DNA from: an uncultured Thermoleophilia bacterium
GTDB taxonomy: Bacteria; Actinomycetota; Thermoleophilia; UBA2241
Assembly: GCA_963699725.1 (NCBI GenBank)
Contig: CAVOVA010000007.1
Coordinates: 29,108-93,107, forward strand
Length of the DNA: 64,000 bases
Reading direction: 5' to 3'
The notes below the pieces were generated by a model. The model did not search any database. It was not told where the DNA came from and saw only the letters and a program-made list of their open reading frames with translations. A program made the position numbers and the translations under genes. This document shows positions 34,467 to 42,024 of the stretch, one piece after another; the first letter of the stretch is position 1, and the number at the start of each line of letters is the position of its first letter.

Positions 34467-35476
34467 TGTCCGGGCTGATCGTCGCCTGCGCGCGTCCGGG
34501 GACCGAGCTGCCCTACTCGGCCGACGATCTGCGGCGCTGCGCCGCCCGCCTCTCGCCCGACAACCTCACCCCGCACGCCCCGCGGCTGCTGGCGGACCCG
34601 GGGCTGATCGCCGCCGTGGTCAACCCCATGCCCGACCTCCCGCGCGCGCCGGGCGCGGTCTGCCTCGGCGGGCTCGTCGGCGCCCACGACGGCTGGGACG
34701 CCACCGGGTCGCGGCGACCGGACGGCTCCTACGCCATCTGCCGCTTCGACGCCGAGCGCCTGGAGCTGGTGACCGACAACCTCGCCTCCAGGGCGCTGTG
34801 GTACGTGCTCCGCGGCGACGTCCTGCTCGCCTCCACCTCGCAGCGGGCGCTGGTCTGCCTGCTCGGCGACCTGCGCCTCAACGACGCCGCCGTCGCCTGG
34901 CTGGCCTCGAGCGGCACCCTGGGGCCCGACAACGCCTGGGACACGCGGCTGCGCCGGGTGCCGGCGGCGACGGTGCTCTCGCTCGACCGCCGCGCCTGGA
35001 CCCTGAAGCAAGCCACGGAGTCGCTCGAGCACGAGCCCGAGCCGCTCCCGGACGCGGTCCATCTGCAGCGCTGGCGCGAGGCCATCCTCGAGACCTGCGC
35101 GGAGCTCGACGTCTCCCTCGACACCTGGCTCCTGCCGCTCTCCGGCGGCCTCGACAGCCGCACGCTGCTCGCCGCCCTCGTCGCCGGCGGCCGCCGCCCG
35201 CGCTGCGTCACCTGGGGCCTGCGCCGCTCGCTCGAGGACCCCGAGAGCGACAGCGTCGTGGCGCGACGTCTGGCCGCGTACTACGGGGTCGACCACTCGT
35301 TCTTCGCGACCGACCCCGGCGACGAGCCGCCGCGCGTGCTGATCGACCGCTTCCTCGTCGCCGGCGAGGGGCGCACGGACCAGATCGCCGGCTACCTCGA
35401 CGGGCTCGCCATCTGGAAGACGCTGTTCGACGAGGGCGTGACCGGGGTCATCCGGGGCGACGAGCCGGGGTGGGGC
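34378..35476 (+). repeat. Direct repeat copy B (3' end of paralogue 2 plus 5' 1,011 nt of paralogue 3)
   Basis: See copy A. Identity breaks at 34377/34378 and at 35476/35477. Confidence 0.9.
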
Positions 35477-36217
35477 TACAGTGCCGTCCACTCGGAGACG
35501 TACGTGAGGCGCAGAGCGCACTTCGAAACGGTTCCGGACTACCCGCCGAACCATCTGATCCGGCATCTCGGACTCGCGCCTCAACCCGTTCCGGACTGGA
35601 CGCGGAGGCGGGCCGGCGAGTCACTCGTCCACTTGCGGAACCGGCTCTACGAACGTCACTCGCTCCCCGTGCACCTGTCTCCGCTCAACGACGTCAAGTG
35701 CGCCTACGTCGAGATCGTCAACCCGTTCCTCGGCGATCGCGTCGTCAGAGTCGCCCGAGAGCTTCCGGAGAAGCTCAGCAGTCAACGTGACGGCTACAAA
35801 GCAGTGGTATCCGCGCTCGGTCCCGACGTGCCGACGGCCAAGCACTCGGCGCTCGTCGGCTCAAGCCGGCTGCTGTCGTCCAGCCAGGCCGTCATCGAGG
35901 AGCTTCGCAGAGAGCTGTCGTCGACCGACGCCGACAGGATCTGTGAGCGACGGGGCCTCGATCGCGTCGTCGCCGGGCTCCGCAAGCCGGGATCCGCTCC
36001 AGCGCGCCGGCGCCTCAGAAACGGCGTCCGCGCCGTGGTGCCCAGACGAGTGAGGGTGCTCGTCAATCCGGATCCAGCGTTGACCCTCTCCACCTTCGGC
36101 TTGGCTCTGAGGCTGCACATGGCCAGCCGGATGGCCGCCATGCTGACTGCCGACGCAGCCGCCCTGCGCGCTCGAAACGGTGTGCCTAGTCCACCGCCCC
36201 ACGCGACCGGCGCCTGA
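34466..36217 (+). CDS. Asparagine synthetase B-like adenylating enzyme, paralogue 3 (Cys-less)
   Basis: It overlaps paralogue 2 by TGATG. The N-terminal 337 aa are identical to paralogue 2, and the remainder is divergent. The PP-loop is LSGGLDSRTLL. Confidence 0.75.
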   Translation: MSGLIVACARPGTELPYSADDLRRCAARLSPDNLTPHAPRLLADPGLIAAVVNPMPDLPRAPGAVCLGGLVGAHDGWDATGSRRPDGSYAICRFDAERLELVTDNLASRALWYVLRGDVLLASTSQRALVCLLGDLRLNDAAVAWLASSGTLGPDNAWDTRLRRVPAATVLSLDRRAWTLKQATESLEHEPEPLPDAVHLQRWREAILETCAELDVSLDTWLLPLSGGLDSRTLLAALVAGGRRPRCVTWGLRRSLEDPESDSVVARRLAAYYGVDHSFFATDPGDEPPRVLIDRFLVAGEGRTDQIAGYLDGLAIWKTLFDEGVTGVIRGDEPGWGYSAVHSETYVRRRAHFETVPDYPPNHLIRHLGLAPQPVPDWTRRRAGESLVHLRNRLYERHSLPVHLSPLNDVKCAYVEIVNPFLGDRVVRVARELPEKLSSQRDGYKAVVSALGPDVPTAKHSALVGSSRLLSSSQAVIEELRRELSSTDADRICERRGLDRVVAGLRKPGSAPARRRLRNGVRAVVPRRVRVLVNPDPALTLSTFGLALRLHMASRMAAMLTADAAALRARNGVPSPPPHATGA

Positions 36218-37385
36218 GGCGGCGGCGCAGCGCAGTCGAGACGGAGCCGACGAGCGGCGCCGGATCATCGAATGCGATCACGGCATCGCTGCGGATGCGC
36301 GCCAGAGGCGCGAGCCAGTCGCCCAGGCCGAGCTGCCCCGCTCGCCACTCGTTCATCGAGTCCCTGGCCTCCCGCAGCAGATCACTCCACGCGACTCCAT
36401 CCACCTGCCGCGGCCGCTCGATGACTTCGCCGGCGGCATCGCGATAGGCGATCTCGCTCAGATTGACGCCCGCCGCCGTCGCAAGACCCGCCCACAGGCC
36501 GTGGCGAGCGTTGATCTCGATGAACTTGAGGCGGCCGTCTCTCGCGTCGCGCTTGAACTCCACATCAGAGACACCTCGATAGCGGAGATGCCCGAGGAGC
36601 TGGAGCGTGGCCTCCGCGACCTCGTCGGACCATCGGCTCTCCGCGAGGCGGGTGTTGCCGAAGCCGCGCGGATGCTGCCGCAGCTTGCGCCCGGTGAACA
36701 CCGCGAGCGGGCGACTGGCGGCGTCGTGGTAGGTCGCGGCGAAGTAGACATCGTCATCGCCGCCGGGGACGATCTCCTGGAGCATGAGGGGCCCGCATCC
36801 CCGGACGCGCCGGCAGGCGAGCTCCAGGTCTTCGCGGGATTCCACGACCAGGAGCTTGAGTCCCAGGGCGCGCTTGAACGCGAGCGGGACCGCGGGCTTG
36901 AGTACGGCCGGATAGACCATCGCCGCGGACACGGACTCGAGATCCTCCGCGGAGCGAAGGAACGCTGTCGCCGGCGTGGCCAGACCGGCCTGCTCGGCTG
37001 CCCGCACCTGGTGCTCCTTGTCGGCCAGGTGCCGCATCGCTTCCCAGCGACAGACGGGCAACGTGAAGGTCCCGTCCAGCCGCGCCGCCTGTCGCGAAAC
37101 GCTGGCCACGAAATCGTCCTGTGCCGGCAGGACGACGGTACCTCCAGGGAGCCGGGTCGAGAGCGCGAGCATGTCGTCGACGAAGCCGTCTTCGTCGTAG
37201 TGCGGATCGGCGCAGCGCACCGCGTGCGCGTATCGCGAGGCGAAACCGAGCGCATCGGTCTGGCAGTCGACGGCCACGACCGGCACACCCAGCCTGCCCA
37301 GATCGCGTACGACGGTGAGACCCGTGCCGTTGCTCACCCCGAGCACGACAGCAGGGCGGAGGCCACCCCGCCCGTGGCGGGCCAT
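36186..37385 (-). CDS. ATP-grasp domain carboxylate-amine ligase-like protein
   Basis: PAVVLGVSNGTGLTVVRDLGRLGVPVVAVD is a pre-ATP-grasp Rossmann-like N-terminus. It is followed by YPAVLKPA, MLQEIVPGGDD and the SDVEFKRDARDGRLKFIEINAR core. The start is uncertain (ATG 37385 preferred; 37502 and 37634 are also open). Its 3' end overlaps paralogue 3 by 32 nt, convergently. Confidence 0.7.
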   Translation of the reverse strand: MARHGRGGLRPAVVLGVSNGTGLTVVRDLGRLGVPVVAVDCQTDALGFASRYAHAVRCADPHYDEDGFVDDMLALSTRLPGGTVVLPAQDDFVASVSRQAARLDGTFTLPVCRWEAMRHLADKEHQVRAAEQAGLATPATAFLRSAEDLESVSAAMVYPAVLKPAVPLAFKRALGLKLLVVESREDLELACRRVRGCGPLMLQEIVPGGDDDVYFAATYHDAASRPLAVFTGRKLRQHPRGFGNTRLAESRWSDEVAEATLQLLGHLRYRGVSDVEFKRDARDGRLKFIEINARHGLWAGLATAAGVNLSEIAYRDAAGEVIERPRQVDGVAWSDLLREARDSMNEWRAGQLGLGDWLAPLARIRSDAVIAFDDPAPLVGSVSTALRRRLRRRSRGAVD

Positions 37386-37738
37386 ACGACCGTTCACGAT
37401 CGTGACCACGATGTGACGAGATCTTCCATAGGGACGCCTCCGCGCCGGCTTGTGCAGCACGTCGACGGCCCATCGCCCGGCCCGGCGTCCGCACGCGGTC
37501 ATCCATCCGGCTGTGGCCGTAGAGTACGCTATCTCCCCCTCCACGGTCACGCGGCGGGACGCGTGCTGCGCCGCCTCAGGACCCTCGACGGCGACCGGCG
37601 CCCCGCTGCTGCCGCGCGGCCGCCGTTGGCTCACGGTCGCACCCGGGGCACGGCCGGCCGCAACGGGCTCTGGACCATCCTTGACCGCGACGCGGCCTTG
37701 TCACCACACTTACGCGACACAGCCGAAGGAGCCATCTC
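37386..37738. promoter_or_regulatory. Divergent intergenic region between the ATP-grasp gene and AsnB-like paralogue 4
   Basis: Inferred from gene geometry. A strong GAAGGAG lies 7 nt before ATG 37739. The extent depends on the ATP-grasp start. Confidence 0.3.
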
Positions 37739-39538
37739 ATGGCCGACGTGATCATCGCCTGCCCTCGCAGCGGTTCCCAAGCAGGCGCGGCGGAGCGCCT
37801 GCGGAATGCAGCCCTGCGCCTCGCGCCGCCGGAGTTGCCGACCCGCGAGCCACTGCTGCTCGAGTCCGGCGGCGTCGTAGCCGCCGTCGCGAACCCGACG
37901 GAAGAGGGCGTGTGGCTCCACGACGGCCGTGAAGACGCCACGGTGCGCGGCGCGGTGTGTGTCGGCGGCCTCTTCGGCACGCCCGGAGCATGGTGGCTGC
38001 CGGGTTCGGAAGCCCCTGACGGCACTTACGCACTGGCCAGGTGGGACGCGCGCACGGTCGAGCTCGTCGCCGACACGTGCGCCACTCGCACGCTCTGGTA
38101 CACGGTCTCGGAGGACGGCTTCTTCGCCTCCACATCGCAGCGGGCACTGGTCACTCTGCTCGGTGGCTTCGACCTGCTGCCGGAGGCCGTCGCCTGCTTC
38201 CTCTCCACCGGCACGCTGGGGCCGGACGCTTCGTGGGATGCGCGCATACGCCGCGTGCCGCCGGACGCGCTCGCCGTACTGGACCGCGCGGCCTGGCGCG
38301 TCTCGGTCCACGAGTCCACCTGGCAGTTCACACCTCTTCCCGGCGACGATCGCGCTCAAGTCGCCCGTCTCCGGGACGCCATCGCCGCCACCTGCGGCTC
38401 CCTCAACGTCGACCTCGAGCGATGGGTCCTCGCTCTCTCGGGCGGGTGCGACAGCCGTGCCCTGCTCGCCTTTCTGGTCCAGAACGGGCTCCGCCCGCGC
38501 TGCGTCACCTGGACGACGCGTGCTTCGCTGCGCAAGCCCCTCTCCGACGCTTCGATCGCCCGGCACCTCTGCCGCCGCTACCACGTCGAGCACGAACTGC
38601 TGTTTCTCGATGACGGCCCCGACCTGGATACCACAGTGTCGCGCTTCGTCGCCGCCGACGAGGGGCGCAACGACGAGATCGCGGGCTACCTCGACGGATT
38701 CGCGCTCTGGCGCGGTCTCGTTGCGAAGGGCGCCGAAGGACTCATCAGGGGAGATGAGTCGTTCGGCCCACGGTCGCGCCCGATGGCCGCGGAGAGCGGC
38801 CGAAGGCAGGTCGGGGGCGCAACGCCGGCCGACTATCCCGAGAGCCATCTCCTGCGCAGTCTCGGGCTGGTCGAGCCGACGTGGCCGCAGCGCCTCCAGA
38901 GAACCGAAGGGGAAGACCTCCGCGACTACCGAGCGCGCATCAGCCAGCAGGGCTTCGTGCCCATCGTCCTCGCAGGGCTCAACGGCCCGAAGGCCCGCTA
39001 CCTCGAGATCGTCAATCCTCTGCTGTCCCGAGCGGTGATGGGCGCCGTCCGCGCGTTGCCCACGGAGATGCGAGAGTACTCCCGGGCGTTCGGGAAGATC
39101 GTCGACGGGCTCGACCGCACGGTGCCGTATGCGCGATCCTCCTCCACAAGATCACCCTCGGACCTCTTCGCCTCGCACGAGTTCGCGGACGTCGTCGTCC
39201 GTGAGCTCACCTCGGGGGACATCGAGCGTGTGCTGCCCGGAGACGCCGCCCTCCGCGTGCTCGCTTCACTGACCGTGCCGAGGGCCGGCCCGACTGGTCC
39301 GAAGGCACGTACGAAGGCTCTCCTGAAGAGAGTCGGCGTCGCCCTCCCGATCCGCCTGACCGACCGCATCCACCCCCGCTACTTCGGGCCGAATCGTCTG
39401 TCTCCGGCGAAGCTCGCCTGGCGAGCCCTCCTGGCCAGCCGGACCATCTCGTTGCTGGAAGACGATGCCGGAGCCCTCGCTCGGTCTGGAGGCGCGACGG
39501 CGCTCCCGGGACCCAGGAGTCCGAGCGCACCCCGCTGA
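37739..39538 (+). CDS. Asparagine synthetase B-like adenylating enzyme, paralogue 4 (Cys-less, most divergent)
   Basis: It starts MADVIIAC after GAAGGAG. DGTYALARWDARTVELVADTCATRTLWY...FASTSQRALV is present, and the PP-loop is LSGGCDSRALL. It is collinear with paralogues 1-3 over the full length. Confidence 0.75.
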   Translation: MADVIIACPRSGSQAGAAERLRNAALRLAPPELPTREPLLLESGGVVAAVANPTEEGVWLHDGREDATVRGAVCVGGLFGTPGAWWLPGSEAPDGTYALARWDARTVELVADTCATRTLWYTVSEDGFFASTSQRALVTLLGGFDLLPEAVACFLSTGTLGPDASWDARIRRVPPDALAVLDRAAWRVSVHESTWQFTPLPGDDRAQVARLRDAIAATCGSLNVDLERWVLALSGGCDSRALLAFLVQNGLRPRCVTWTTRASLRKPLSDASIARHLCRRYHVEHELLFLDDGPDLDTTVSRFVAADEGRNDEIAGYLDGFALWRGLVAKGAEGLIRGDESFGPRSRPMAAESGRRQVGGATPADYPESHLLRSLGLVEPTWPQRLQRTEGEDLRDYRARISQQGFVPIVLAGLNGPKARYLEIVNPLLSRAVMGAVRALPTEMREYSRAFGKIVDGLDRTVPYARSSSTRSPSDLFASHEFADVVVRELTSGDIERVLPGDAALRVLASLTVPRAGPTGPKARTKALLKRVGVALPIRLTDRIHPRYFGPNRLSPAKLAWRALLASRTISLLEDDAGALARSGGATALPGPRSPSAPR

Positions 39539-39546
39539 CCAGAAGA

Positions 39547-39699
39547 TCAGGAGGGGGCGCCCAGCACGAAGACCACCGCCAGGCCGACGAGGAAGACGAG
39601 CATGCCGGCTTCCACGACAAGCCCGCGGCGGCGGGCCTCGTCGTCGCTGCTGCCCGGCCGTACCGCGCCTGGACGGTCCGTGCCCCGTGTCGCTCTCAT
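39547..39699 (-). CDS. Small (50 aa) single-pass membrane protein, hypothetical
   Basis: ATG 39699 is preceded by CAGGAGG with a 6-nt spacer. GC3 is high throughout. The C-terminal hydrophobic helix is GLVVEAGMLVFLVGLAVVFVLG. No homology was recognised. Confidence 0.45.
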   Translation of the reverse strand: MRATRGTDRPGAVRPGSSDDEARRRGLVVEAGMLVFLVGLAVVFVLGAPS

Positions 39700-39848
39700 G
39701 GCCAGCCTCCTGCGCCTGCGCCCTCGGGCGCTCCTGTGGTGAGAGCATCGGCACGGACGGCGCCGGGCTTCATGGGACATCCGTCTGTCGCGGGAGGATC
39801 CCGCGCGGCGCGCCGGGACGAGGGTCGCGGCGCGGCAGGGGTGGTGGC

Positions 39849-41000
39849 CTAGGGTGCCTCGCCGCGAACCAGGGCGAGCAGCGCGTCGACGAGCTGTCCC
39901 TCAGGCAGCGTCTCGACGCGCTCGCCGTGGTCGAAGAGCACGCCCTCCCCCGCGCCGGCGGCGATGCCGTAGTCGGCGTGACGGGCTTCCTCCGGGCCGT
40001 TGACGCGGCAGCCCATGACGGCGACGCTGATGACGCGGCCGGCGAGGGCCGGATCCGCGCCGAGACGTCGCTCGACCTCTTCGGCCAGCCCCACGATGTC
40101 GACTTCCGTGCGCCCGCACGTCGGGCACGAGATGACCTCAGGACCGCGGCGCCGGAGGCCCACTGCGGCGAGGATCTGCCAGGCGACCCTCACTTCCTCG
40201 ACCGGGTCGCCGGTCAGGCTCACGCGGATGGTGTCGCCGATGCCGTCGGCCAGCAGGGCGCCGATGCCGACGGCGCTCTTGATAGTCCCGCTCCACACGG
40301 TGCCGGCCTCCGTCACGCCGACGTGCAGCGGCGCCTCCGTCTTCTCGGAGAGCAGCCGGTAGGCTGCGATCGTGTCCGGTACCGACGACGACTTCACGCT
40401 CAGCTTGTAGGCGCTGAAGCCCCACTCCTCGAACTGGTCCGCCCAGCGCAGCGCGGCCTCCACGAGCGCGCCGGGAGTGTCCGTTGCCGCGCGCTCGCGC
40501 AGGTCGCGCGGCAGCGACCCGGCGTTGACGCCGACGCGGATCGCCACGGGCACGTCGCCCTCGCCCGGACCGGCGGGCACCCGGGCCCCTGCCGCCGCGG
40601 CCACGATCTCGCGCACGTGCTTCTCGTTCATCGTCCCCGGGTTGATGCGCACGCCCGCGGCGCCGGCCTCGATCGCCGCCACGGCCAGACGCCAGTCGTA
40701 GTGGACGTCGGCGATGATGGGCACGCGAGGAGCGTCGCCGGTCCCGATCGCGGCCGCCGGCTCCCGGCCCGCGAGCCCCGGTGCCTCGCGCACCACACGC
40801 GCGAACGCCGGGGCTTCCTCAGCCGTCGGCAGGCTCACGCGCACGATCTCGCAGCCGGCGGCGACGAGGGCGCGCACCTGGGCCAGCGTCGCCTCCGCGT
40901 CGCCCGTGCGCGTGCACGTCATGGACTGCACGGCGACGGGAGCGCCGCCACCGACGGGCACGGCGCCCACCAGGACGCGGCGTGCGCTAGGCACGGGCAT
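39849..41000 (-). CDS. ispG: 4-hydroxy-3-methylbut-2-en-1-yl diphosphate synthase (MEP pathway)
   Basis: VGGGAPVAVQSMT, CEIVRVS, IIADVHYD, GVRINPGT, IRVGVNAGSL, ISCPTCGRT and AVMGCRVNGPGE-like motifs are collinear with GcpE/IspG. ATG 41000 was verified. Confidence 0.9.
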   Translation of the reverse strand: MPVPSARRVLVGAVPVGGGAPVAVQSMTCTRTGDAEATLAQVRALVAAGCEIVRVSLPTAEEAPAFARVVREAPGLAGREPAAAIGTGDAPRVPIIADVHYDWRLAVAAIEAGAAGVRINPGTMNEKHVREIVAAAAGARVPAGPGEGDVPVAIRVGVNAGSLPRDLRERAATDTPGALVEAALRWADQFEEWGFSAYKLSVKSSSVPDTIAAYRLLSEKTEAPLHVGVTEAGTVWSGTIKSAVGIGALLADGIGDTIRVSLTGDPVEEVRVAWQILAAVGLRRRGPEVISCPTCGRTEVDIVGLAEEVERRLGADPALAGRVISVAVMGCRVNGPEEARHADYGIAAGAGEGVLFDHGERVETLPEGQLVDALLALVRGEAP

Positions 41001-41988
41001 CCCCGAGCGGCGGCGCCTGCTCCGCGGGCCCGCCGGCGCCGGAGAACCACGCCCAAGTCTCGGCGAGGCCGTCACCCAGCGTCGTCCCTGCCTCCCAGCC
41101 CAGCACCCAGCGCGCACGGCCGGCGTCCGCCCGCGAGTGGCGGATGTCGCCGGCGCGCGCGCCCTCGATCCGCCGTTCGAGTGACCTGCCGGCGAGGTCC
41201 TCGACAACGCTGATGATCTGCAGCAGGTCGGTCTCACGTCCGCTGCCGACGTTGAGCACGGAAGTCCCGGTCAGCGGCCGCCGCAGCGCGGCGAGCACGG
41301 CGGCCACGACGTCGGCGACGTACACGAAGTCACGCGTCTGCCGTCCATCGCCGTAGATAGTGACGGCGTGACCGGCTGCCGCGGCGGCCAGGAAGCGGCT
41401 GATGACGCCCGAGTAGGCGGAGCCGGGGTCCTGCCGCGGCCCGTACACGTTGAAGAAGCGCAGGCAGACGGCGGTGATCTGCCCGGCGTCCGCCGCCTCG
41501 GCGCAGACCTCTTCAGCGGCAAGCTTGGCGCCGGCGTACGGGCTGAGCGGACGGGCTGGGCCGGCCTCGGCGATGGGCATCTCTGCCGCGTCGCCGTACA
41601 CGGCGCAGCTCGAGGCCAGCACGAACCGGTCCGCGCCCGCCTCCACGGCCTGGCGCAGCACGTTGACGGTGCCCCCGTGGGTGACGGAGTCGCAGCCCAC
41701 GGGGTCTTCCACGGACTGCGCGACCGAAGGGACGGCGGCGAGATGGACGACCGAGGAGCAGCCGTCGACGGCGTCGCGCATGCGCACTTCGTCGCGGACG
41801 TCCCCGGCCAGCACCTGCAGCCCGGCGTCGTGCTCCGCAGCCAGACGCCAGGCGCCGTCGAGGTTCTCTTCCCTGCCCGTGCTGAAGTCGTCGACGACGC
41901 GCACATCGGAGCCGCTCGCGAGCAGGGCGTCCACGACGTGCGAACCGATGAACCCGGCGCCGCCGGTGACCAGGGAGAGATCGTTCAT
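40987..41988 (-). CDS. NAD-dependent nucleotide-sugar epimerase/dehydratase (GalE-like extended SDR)
   Basis: LVTGGAGFIGSHVVDALL, SSCAVYG and Y..AK motifs are present. The stop overlaps the ispG start by 14 nt. Confidence 0.85.
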   Translation of the reverse strand: MNDLSLVTGGAGFIGSHVVDALLASGSDVRVVDDFSTGREENLDGAWRLAAEHDAGLQVLAGDVRDEVRMRDAVDGCSSVVHLAAVPSVAQSVEDPVGCDSVTHGGTVNVLRQAVEAGADRFVLASSCAVYGDAAEMPIAEAGPARPLSPYAGAKLAAEEVCAEAADAGQITAVCLRFFNVYGPRQDPGSAYSGVISRFLAAAAAGHAVTIYGDGRQTRDFVYVADVVAAVLAALRRPLTGTSVLNVGSGRETDLLQIISVVEDLAGRSLERRIEGARAGDIRHSRADAGRARWVLGWEAGTTLGDGLAETWAWFSGAGGPAEQAPPLGDARA

Positions 41989-42024
41989 GGGACCATCCTA
42001 CGGCACGATCCCGGCGCGCGCCGT

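Noticed and set aside
32337-35584. Two long minus-strand ORFs (708 aa and 435 aa) with repeated sequence, which could be mistaken for a duplicated gene family.
   Set aside because: They are antisense to the AsnB-like genes. Their self-similarity only mirrors the 1,099-bp direct repeat. Their composition (Arg, Gly, Ala, Pro, Glu, Val) and lack of motifs indicate shadow ORFs.
30988-39538. The idea that the AsnB-like array is a lasso-peptide, beta-lactam or other RiPP-type cluster.
   Set aside because: I could find no leader peptidase (transglutaminase-like B protein), no RRE/PqqD-like gene and no plausible short precursor ORFs between or beside the genes. The flanks are glycan assembly and export genes, so a glycan-tailoring role is the more economical reading.
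39465-41213. A 582-aa plus-strand ORF across the ispG region.
   Set aside because: It is antisense to ispG, which has unambiguous motifs, and it has an Arg/Gly/Ala/Pro-dominated composition.
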